Shown piece after piece: positions 18,885 to 26,457 of a stretch of DNA of 32,922 nt. The stretch spans positions 30,009 to 62,930 of the forward strand of contig JAAVHQ010000001.1 in assembly GCA_014799645.1 (NCBI GenBank), in the 5' to 3' direction. Made by a program: the position numbers and the translations under genes. The stretch is from Clostridiales bacterium (GTDB lineage: Bacteria; Bacillota; Clostridia; Christensenellales; UBA3700). Each line of letters begins with the position of its first letter. Position 1 is the stretch's first letter. Below the pieces are notes generated by a model. The model saw only the letters and a program-made list of their open reading frames with translations, was not told the origin of the DNA and made no database searches.

Positions 18885-20785
18885 AATCTTCTCAGTTAAT
18901 TGATATTTATAAAGACGACTTTAACTTTAAAGTGTATGCTGGTCCGGGTGCGGGAAAAACATATTTCTTAATTGAAAATATTAAAGACACAATTGAAAAT
19001 AGCCAGAAATTAAAATTAGATGCAAATAGAAAAATATTGTGCATCACGTACACGAACGTGGCTGTAAATGAGATTAAGAGTAGATTAGGTCAGTATAATA
19101 AAAATGTAGTTGTAAAAACAATACATTCATTTCTGTATGAATATGTTATCAAACCATATCAACAGCAATTGAAAATTTTAATAAATGAAACATTTAATAT
19201 TCATATAGATGATAAAGTTAGGATGTATCCAAGATTAGAGGGATTTGGTTTGTTGTCGAAACTGAAAGTTTCAGACTTTATCGGAGTTCTGCAAGAAAAA
19301 TATGAGCTCTTAGTTGCTAGTGAATTATCGAAAAAGAAAATTAGTGAATGCGTGTTAGATATTTCAAGTATTAATCATTACCCTTTTTGTGAAACAGATA
19401 TTCCGTCTATTAAGAGAATATTAGGTATGACTGATGCAGATTTATTAAAATTGAAAACTGCTTTATGGGAGCAAGAAGGAGTATTAGATTTTGATGAGAT
19501 ATTGTATTTTAGTTACATCCTTTTAAAAAGATATAAGTTTATTGGATATGATGTTCAGTATGTATTTCCATATATCTTAATGGATGAGTATCAAGATACT
19601 AATCCTATACAAAATAAGATACTACAATTACTGTGTAGCAAAAATGTTTCGGTTGGGGTGGTTGGTGATAAAGCTCAATCAATCTATGGATTCGTTAATT
19701 CTACTTATAAAGAGTTTGACGATTTCCATCCTAACATTAAAGATTTCAAAACATTTGTCATAGATGGTAATAGGCGCTCAAATCAGAATATAATTTATTT
19801 TTTAAACTATATCAGACAAGTAGATAAGACATTAAATGAACAGAAGTGCTTAATTAATAATAATTCATCAAAAGTTAAGTTCGTTTTATGTAAAGATAGA
19901 AATGCGGATTTGCTTAAAAAATTAGATGTAAAAGATATAAGGGTATTATGTAGAAGGTGGGCCGATGCGTTTGAGTATATAACCGATATAGAAGTTGAGC
20001 AGAGAAAATATCTAAAAGAGGTTCATGATTATTATAGATATGTTTTAGATAGAGATCTCACAAAAGATTTCGAAAATTCAAATATTAATTGGATTAATAA
20101 TGTCAATATCATAATTTCGATTTATAAAGCAATAAGATTGGGTAATTTTGCGAGTATTCTAAAAGAGTTGGCCAAGATATTTGATATAGATATACTTAAG
20201 TTAAATAATAGAAGCAAAGGGCAAGAATTTAAAGAAATTGTAAGATTCGTTAATTTGTTTAGGAAATTTAATGAGGATACTATTTATTACGACATAATAA
20301 ATAGTATCAATCAATTCATAGATCAGACTAGCTTGAAAGCGTTTGAGAAATTGGAACTAATATCTGATGATAATGAATTGTTCAGAGATGAATTCCATCC
20401 ATTTTTACATAGTTTAAACATTAGAACATTGAAAGTAATGTTTGATGACGTTTTTTCAGAAGATAGTAAATATGTTACCGTTCATAAAACAAAAGGAAAA
20501 GAATATGATAGTGTATTAGTAAATCTTACTCCTGTAAAAGATGAGTGGTTGTTAGGTGGAATTCTAAAAGTTTTAGAGAACCCAGTTTTATTTAATAGCG
20601 AATTTGATAATGTTATGGAATTTGCAAGAATTGCATACGTTGCATTTAGTAGAGCACGGAATAACTTGTTTATTCATTTAAAAAATACAAAGGCAGAGTT
20701 GGGTACATTGATAGCAAATCTACAAGACTATTGCTTCAAACATAATATAAAAGAAGCATTTTATGAAATCATCGATTTAAATTAA
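18869..20785 (+). CDS. gajB: UvrD-like SF1 helicase, Gabija GajB-like
   Basis: AGPGAGKT, ITYTNVA, MDEYQDT, VGDKAQSIY, TVHKTKGKEY, YVAFSRA; overlaps the OLD nuclease gene. Confidence 0.85.
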   Translation: MVEFIESSQLIDIYKDDFNFKVYAGPGAGKTYFLIENIKDTIENSQKLKLDANRKILCITYTNVAVNEIKSRLGQYNKNVVVKTIHSFLYEYVIKPYQQQLKILINETFNIHIDDKVRMYPRLEGFGLLSKLKVSDFIGVLQEKYELLVASELSKKKISECVLDISSINHYPFCETDIPSIKRILGMTDADLLKLKTALWEQEGVLDFDEILYFSYILLKRYKFIGYDVQYVFPYILMDEYQDTNPIQNKILQLLCSKNVSVGVVGDKAQSIYGFVNSTYKEFDDFHPNIKDFKTFVIDGNRRSNQNIIYFLNYIRQVDKTLNEQKCLINNNSSKVKFVLCKDRNADLLKKLDVKDIRVLCRRWADAFEYITDIEVEQRKYLKEVHDYYRYVLDRDLTKDFENSNINWINNVNIIISIYKAIRLGNFASILKELAKIFDIDILKLNNRSKGQEFKEIVRFVNLFRKFNEDTIYYDIINSINQFIDQTSLKAFEKLELISDDNELFRDEFHPFLHSLNIRTLKVMFDDVFSEDSKYVTVHKTKGKEYDSVLVNLTPVKDEWLLGGILKVLENPVLFNSEFDNVMEFARIAYVAFSRARNNLFIHLKNTKAELGTLIANLQDYCFKHNIKEAFYEIIDLN

Positions 20786-20862
20786 AGTCGTTTGGGTAAT
20801 TGATTTTCAAGTGTGAAGATGGCATGCAGTAAGATGTGTGTCATTTTCATATATTTTTGCAA

Positions 20863-21437
20863 CATTGTGAAAAAATTTACAAAGATAGTCTTAACTTTTG
20901 GCTGATTATGGACTTTTATAGCATGGAATCGTTGGAATTTTCAAAAATGTCAAAAAACTTATTTAAAAATACCCTAACAAAATGCCGATTTTTCTCTAAT
21001 AAGTGGAAGGGATATTTTCAGTAGTAAAATATGTTGAGTAAAACTTTCATTTTAGACCGTCAAGTACCACCTAAATTTTCTCTAATAAGTGAGGGGATTA
21101 TGTTAACTAGAAAATTAAAACATTGTGAAAAAATTTTCAAAGTTAACCTTAACTTTTGGCTGTTTTGAACTTTTATAGTGGGGAAAAGTAAAATTTTTCA
21201 AAAATTGCAAAAAAGTTTTAAAAAAACAGGGTGAGAAAGTGCCGATTTTTCTCTAATAGGTGGGAGGTGTTTTAGATTGAGAAAAATTATCTAAAAATTT
21301 TGGAAAAAGACCGTGGACTAAGTGCCTGATTATCTCTAATAAGTGAAGGGCGAAATATAATGCTTTCAAAAAATGTTAAACGAATTTCATTTATGCACCC
21401 CGAAAAATCAACAGGAAGTGTCCATTAATAGTGAGGG
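20863..21437 (+). repeat. Array of about seven degenerate ~85-bp units, with a higher-order ~257-bp duplication
   Basis: TCTCTAATA(A/G)GTG plus a G-run at 20993, 21079, 21250 and 21333; variants near 20914, 21171 and 21421; CATTGTGAAAAAATTT..CTTAACTTTTGGCTG at 20863 and 21121. Confidence 0.8.
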
Positions 21438-21760
21438 ACAAAGTAATTGGGTTAATTAGTGAATAAGGTATGTAGGGAAATAGATGAATAATGAACTAAT
21501 TGTACGTTCCTAAGATTTACCTAAAATGTCCATAAAAAAGAGACAGCAAAAGACCCCCAAAAAGAAGAAAATGAAGAGAATAGAGGAGGAGTGAAATGTA
21601 GAATATATAAGGCTAAAATACCCCAAAAGGGAAGCAGGATAAGGAGTAGACTCAATTTGCCGTCACAAGACGATTTCGTCTACTCAAAAAACTACGGAAG
21701 CGGGATACCCGCCTTCGTTCTGGGAGAACCAAAAAAGACATAAAAAATGGAGGAAAATAA

Positions 21761-21946
21761 ATGGAATTATTTAAAGACTATCCCGACGTTGTAAGTGTTG
21801 AACAAGTGTCGGAGATGTTGCACATTGGACAAGTGCTTGCATATAGACTTGTCCGCAGCGGTGAGATTAAATCACGCAAAGTAGGACGCAGATATATCAT
21901 CGCAAAGCGAAACGTAATCGAATTTATAAATGAGGAGGCAGCATAA
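21761..21946 (+). CDS. Excisionase-like helix-turn-helix protein (HTH_17)
   Basis: 61 aa, YPDVVSVEQVSEMLHIG...YRLVRSGEI..RKVGRRYII; SD GGAGG; coupled to the integrase gene. Confidence 0.88.
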   Translation: MELFKDYPDVVSVEQVSEMLHIGQVLAYRLVRSGEIKSRKVGRRYIIAKRNVIEFINEEAA

Positions 21947-23598
21947 TGACTGGGAGATTAGTAGTTAAGAATGGAAGATATTACGTAGTCATATCATATC
22001 AAGATTCACAAGGAAAGAATAAACAAAAATGGAAGGCAACGGGTTTGCCTGTGAAAAATAATAAGAGAATAGCCGAAGAGTTGATGCGTGATATTGTTGC
22101 GAACTTTGATCCGCAAGTAGAAGAACTTGTCAAGAAGAATGGTATGCGTAAGATTAAAATGCCTAAATCTCGAAAGCCGCAGACTATGTGGCAACCGCAA
22201 CCTACATACATGATGCAAGGACAACCTATGATGCAATCTGGTTATATGTATCAAGCGAGACAATATATGGGCGAAGATATGTTGTTTGGCGATTATCTAG
22301 CGCAGTGGATTGAGATGGCGAAAACTAATTTGCAGATTAGTACATATTCATCATACAAGGCCAAGATAAAACAAATTGCTCCGTATTTTAATGACAGAGG
22401 AATAACTTTGCAAAGCATAAGTCCGATGGACATACAAACATATTATGCATGGCTGATAGATAATGGCAAGAGTGTTCAGTCTTGTACGCACGCTCACGTT
22501 ATTATCCGTAGAGCGTTGGAGATTGCATATAGAACGGACAGAATCCCAGTGAATCCAGCGTCAAAAGTAGAGAAACCTAAAAGTCCGAAATATGAAGCGA
22601 AGTATTATGACTTAAAGCAGTTGAAAGTTTTGTTTGAAAAATTGAAAGGAGATAAGTATGAATTGATGTATAAGATGACTGCGTTCTACGGCTTGCGCCG
22701 CAGTGAGCTTTGCGGTATGAGATGGAGTTCAATAGACTTTGATAACAACAAACTTACGCTCAATTCATCAATAGTGCAAGCAAGTGTAAACAACAAAACG
22801 ATACTTGTAAAGAAGGACGTGATGAAAAATGCGGCAAGCAAGAGAACTATGCCGTTGATACCCGAAATAAAAGAAGCCTTGTTGAAATTAAAAGCAGAAC
22901 AAGACAAGAATAAGGCTGAGTTCGGCAAGTATTATAATCAAGAATATATTGACTATGTTTGGGTTGATGAGATAGGAATGATAGTAAATCCTAATACGCT
23001 CACTTGTCATTTCCAAAATTTCCTTACGCAGAACGAGTTGCCGAAAATAAGATTTCATGAACTTAGACACAGTTGCGCAAGTCTCTTGCTTGCGTGCGGT
23101 GTGAGTATGAAAGAAATCCAAGAGTGGTTAGGTCATTCGGCTATAAGTACAACGGCAGACATATATAGTCACTTGAACTATTCGTCGAAATTGAACGTAG
23201 CGAATACGCTTACCAATGCGTTCGGTGGTGAAATGATGGAGCCTGACGAACAAGACCAATATGAAACGAAAGCATTGCTGTCGAATCTATTTAGAGGTGC
23301 TGAACACGAACAAGCGCAAGGAAAAGTGCCTGTGCAATCACAGATACAAGTACAAGCCAAGCCAGAGTCCGTAGAGACGAATGTGGGCGAGATTAAACCT
23401 AACGTGAAGGAAATAGTCGATAAGGCTAGTAAAATGAATCAAGCCGAACTTTTAGAAGATGTAGACAATTCTATTGAAGAATATAAGAAAGCCAAAAAAG
23501 AAATGGCGAAACTCGGTTTTGATGATTATGACGAGTATCTTGATTATTTGGAATATATGGAAAGGAGGGCAGCAAGGAAAAAGGATTTAGAAATGTAA
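21946..23598 (+). CDS. Tyrosine integrase with a long C-terminal extension
   Basis: GLRRSEL, RFHELRHS, LGHS...TADIY catalytic motifs; N-terminal arm-binding-like domain. Confidence 0.93.
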   Translation: MTGRLVVKNGRYYVVISYQDSQGKNKQKWKATGLPVKNNKRIAEELMRDIVANFDPQVEELVKKNGMRKIKMPKSRKPQTMWQPQPTYMMQGQPMMQSGYMYQARQYMGEDMLFGDYLAQWIEMAKTNLQISTYSSYKAKIKQIAPYFNDRGITLQSISPMDIQTYYAWLIDNGKSVQSCTHAHVIIRRALEIAYRTDRIPVNPASKVEKPKSPKYEAKYYDLKQLKVLFEKLKGDKYELMYKMTAFYGLRRSELCGMRWSSIDFDNNKLTLNSSIVQASVNNKTILVKKDVMKNAASKRTMPLIPEIKEALLKLKAEQDKNKAEFGKYYNQEYIDYVWVDEIGMIVNPNTLTCHFQNFLTQNELPKIRFHELRHSCASLLLACGVSMKEIQEWLGHSAISTTADIYSHLNYSSKLNVANTLTNAFGGEMMEPDEQDQYETKALLSNLFRGAEHEQAQGKVPVQSQIQVQAKPESVETNVGEIKPNVKEIVDKASKMNQAELLEDVDNSIEEYKKAKKEMAKLGFDDYDEYLDYLEYMERRAARKKDLEM

Positions 23599-23636
23599 AT
23601 AATTTAGAAAAAGTAATTGCCCTTTCTTTTAGATTA

Positions 23637-23668
23637 CTCTTGATATTTTTGTCAAGAGGTGCTAAAAT
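23637..23668 (+). promoter_or_regulatory. Promoter overlapped by an inverted repeat
   Basis: TTGATA (23640-23645), 17 nt, TAAAAT (23663-23668) with upstream TG; CTCTTGA-N8-TCAAGAG at 23637-23658. Confidence 0.6.
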
Positions 23669-23672
23669 AATC

Positions 23673-23868
23673 TTGCGACGTCAAATTAAATAAACCTTTT
23701 GTAATTCCCAGATTAATGGGAGTCCAGACTTTGTTTGCGTGAAAGGTAGGATGAAAATTGGTAGTAATACCTGTTCCGACCTGCTTTCCACGGAAAAAGG
23801 TTTATTTGGCGTCGCAACCAAAGGGACGGTATTCTACGGTGCCGTTCCGCAAGGGGCGGCATCTTTTT
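23673..23868 (+). ncRNA. Unassigned structured RNA (multi-stem leader with terminator/antiterminator)
   Basis: Long closing stem 23673-23700 with 23795-23817, internal hairpins with a GNRA loop, and alternative 3' hairpins followed by a T-run. Confidence 0.6.
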
Positions 23869-24378
23869 ATGTTAAAGTTAGTTAGATCGAAAAGTGTTTG
23901 TTTTACAGGTCATAGGAATCAGAAACTTATTTGGGGATTCAATGAGGGTGATGAGCGGTGCCTAAAAATGAAGGATAATTTGCGTATTGAAATCGAAAAA
24001 GCAATCAATAATGGATACGAAACTTTTTATAGTGGAATGGCACTTGGGTTTGATTTGATTTGTGTTGAAACGATATTAGAGTTAAAAAAGAAATATAATC
24101 ATATTAAGATTGTTGGGGTATTGCCTTGTAGGACGCAAGATATAAAGTGGCAAACGCAAGATAGAGAGCGTTATAGAAAGTTGTTGTGGCAATTAGATGC
24201 TGTTCGTTGTATTTATGATAACTATGTCGGAGCAGAGTGTATGCTTGAACGAAACAGGTTTATGGTAGATAATTCTTCTATGATGATGGCATTATATGGC
24301 GGGGCAGTAGGCGGAACGAAATCGACAATAGATTACGCTCGAAGTAAAGGATTGAAGATAACCATTATTGAGCCATAA
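23869..24378 (+). CDS. SLOG-family protein (YspA/DUF1273-like)
   Basis: VCFTGHR, SGMALGFD, RNRFMVDNS, GGTKSTIDYA; the ATG at 23869 is preferred to the TTG at 23758. Confidence 0.85.
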   Translation: MLKLVRSKSVCFTGHRNQKLIWGFNEGDERCLKMKDNLRIEIEKAINNGYETFYSGMALGFDLICVETILELKKKYNHIKIVGVLPCRTQDIKWQTQDRERYRKLLWQLDAVRCIYDNYVGAECMLERNRFMVDNSSMMMALYGGAVGGTKSTIDYARSKGLKITIIEP

Positions 24379-24469
24379 AACAAGACGAACTATAATAATT
24401 GGGGCAATTTAATTGCGTAAACTGTTTGCTAATCATGTCGAACTTATGTTTATATCTATCCGATAAATA

Positions 24470-24498
24470 TTGACAAAATATGGGTTATTAATTATAAT
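24470..24498 (+). promoter_or_regulatory. Sigma-A type promoter for the AbiH-family gene
   Basis: TTGACA (24470-24475), 17 nt, TATAAT (24493-24498); AAGGAG SD before 24528. Confidence 0.85.
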
Positions 24499-24527
24499 TA
24501 TTTTGACAATAGAAAGGAGAAGAATTA

Positions 24528-25793
24528 ATGGCATCCAAGCAACTACTTATTTTAGGAAACGGATTTGATTTGCAGTGCGGACTAAGATCGAGTTATGAAG
24601 ATTTTTTTAATAGTGAAATTATCGACGATATCAGTAAAAATTTTCACTTGCAGAAAATGAAGCCAGGGTGTGTAGGATTTTGGGAAACGTTATTGTTTTA
24701 TTATTATAAACAGATTGGCAATAGTAAATATGATTGGTGTGATATAGAAACTATAATTAAAGACACGCTTTGGATCATATATTATGGGGATAAAAACAAA
24801 CTGAATAATCATAACAAAAGTTTGTGGCACGATGTGATAATATGCGCCAAGACTAAGGAAATTCCCGAGAGATATGCATGTTATATTATTAATGGAAATG
24901 AAGAGCAAATAAAATATTTGTTTTGTTATTGTGTAAAATTTATTTTAAAATTGGATAAGAGAGATGATTATACGGATGATGAAAAATTACATATGTTAAC
25001 AAAACACCTTCAGGATGAGTTAAATAATTTTGAAAAACGTTTTTGTAAATATATAAAAAATAAAACCATAAATCCACAAGATAAGAAGGGCTTGAATCGA
25101 AATTATGTTATTAATGCAGTTAATTTGTTGGCGCTATTGACAAAATTTACAGATTTCACATTTGGCTATTTGGAAGAGTTTGTCAATTCAAAAGTGGAAT
25201 TAGATGCTTATAATAGGCCTGTTATGAAAAATATACTATCTAACGAGTTTCTGACGCTAAAGGATACAAATATTATCAATTTTAATTATACTGCACTTTT
25301 TGATATTTTGCGAGTAGAGAGCCCATGTGCATATAGCAATGTTCATGGGAAATTATGCAATATTAGTTGTGTAGGAGATTGTAATTCATCAAATATAATT
25401 TTTGGTATAGATGACACGCTCATCAAAGCAGTAGATGTTGATTCTAATTTGCATATATTTAGTAAGACATATAGGAAAATGCGTGATGATAGTGCACCTA
25501 TAACTATTTTACCGCCGAGGGATGACAACAATATTGAGATTATATTTTATGGCCACTCGCTTAGTAAAGCTGATTATTCGTATTTCCAAAGCATATTTGA
25601 CTATTATAATATTTATAGCAACGATAAAGTATGTTTAATATTTTATTATTCAAAAGGACATGAACAATATGAGGCAATTTATAAACTTATAAATGAATAT
25701 GGTTTGACGCTAGCAAATGAAAATCAAGGCAAAAATTTGATCCACAAATTACTTCTAGAGAATAGACTTAAAATTGAAGAGAAGTCTCTTTAG
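24528..25793 (+). CDS. AbiH-family abortive infection protein
   Basis: LLILGNGFDL..GL.SSYEDF, NFNYT, NVHG, IIFGID, FSKTY, FYGHSL...DYSYF. Confidence 0.88.
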   Translation: MASKQLLILGNGFDLQCGLRSSYEDFFNSEIIDDISKNFHLQKMKPGCVGFWETLLFYYYKQIGNSKYDWCDIETIIKDTLWIIYYGDKNKLNNHNKSLWHDVIICAKTKEIPERYACYIINGNEEQIKYLFCYCVKFILKLDKRDDYTDDEKLHMLTKHLQDELNNFEKRFCKYIKNKTINPQDKKGLNRNYVINAVNLLALLTKFTDFTFGYLEEFVNSKVELDAYNRPVMKNILSNEFLTLKDTNIINFNYTALFDILRVESPCAYSNVHGKLCNISCVGDCNSSNIIFGIDDTLIKAVDVDSNLHIFSKTYRKMRDDSAPITILPPRDDNNIEIIFYGHSLSKADYSYFQSIFDYYNIYSNDKVCLIFYYSKGHEQYEAIYKLINEYGLTLANENQGKNLIHKLLLENRLKIEEKSL

Positions 25794-25884
25794 AGTAAAG
25801 AATTACATAATTAAAGATATTATCGAAACTATATCGAAGATATTGGTGATAAAAGATTAGCTGTGAGAATTTGAAGGATAGATT

Positions 25885-26343
25885 ATGTTAGAAAAGTTAT
25901 GGCGCAAAATTAAGAGATTCTTTAAGTGGTTATTTTTTGCTGACCATCAAATATTTTTCGGACGTATTCCTATAACATTAAAAGGATACAAGTGGGAGCT
26001 CCATATAACAGATGAAGACCCTAATCCATCGGTTCCACATCTTCATTGTATAGAAAATAGCAAATTGAAAATTGATGTCTACACAGGGGAAGTCTACGAT
26101 GATGGCATCAATACTGGTAAATTAAAGGATAAAGAGTTTAATGCATTGTGGCATGATAAAAAGTTTTTCGATTTAGTCAAAAGGTCTAGAGATTATTATC
26201 TAGAAAAACATCCAGGTTATCAACTTGTACATATTCCATTTAGTTCAGGTGACATTGATGAAAATGTTATAATTAGTCGTGGAGAATTAAAGAATCAACT
26301 AATAATTGAATATAAGAAAGATAAAGAGCATAAAAGGTCATGA
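25885..26343 (+). CDS. Hypothetical protein with a PHxH motif (DUF4160-like)
   Basis: 152-aa ORF with DEDPNPSVPHLHC..KIDVYTG; family assignment tentative. Confidence 0.5.
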   Translation: MLEKLWRKIKRFFKWLFFADHQIFFGRIPITLKGYKWELHITDEDPNPSVPHLHCIENSKLKIDVYTGEVYDDGINTGKLKDKEFNALWHDKKFFDLVKRSRDYYLEKHPGYQLVHIPFSSGDIDENVIISRGELKNQLIIEYKKDKEHKRS

Positions 26344-26457
26344 ATAAAATTAAGTGTTAGCAAAAATCAAAGTTTTGTTCATCGTGGAATCTATAAGGGT
26401 TTTTACTAATATGTTAGAGTAATATCTAGCGAAGAATAAGATAAAATCCATAAGTTA

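Noticed and set aside
20836-21437. CRISPR array, and the 62-aa ORF at 20836-21024
   Set aside because: Repeats are short, degenerate and non-palindromic, with duplicated flanks and no cas genes; the ORF merely spans the repeats
23758-23868. N-terminal extension of the SLOG ORF
   Set aside because: Runs through the structured RNA; family homology starts after the ATG at 23869
8920-24378. TIR plus SLOG as a Thoeris system
   Set aside because: They are about 14 kb apart, and the SLOG is a stand-alone YspA type with no SIR2 or transmembrane-macro domain
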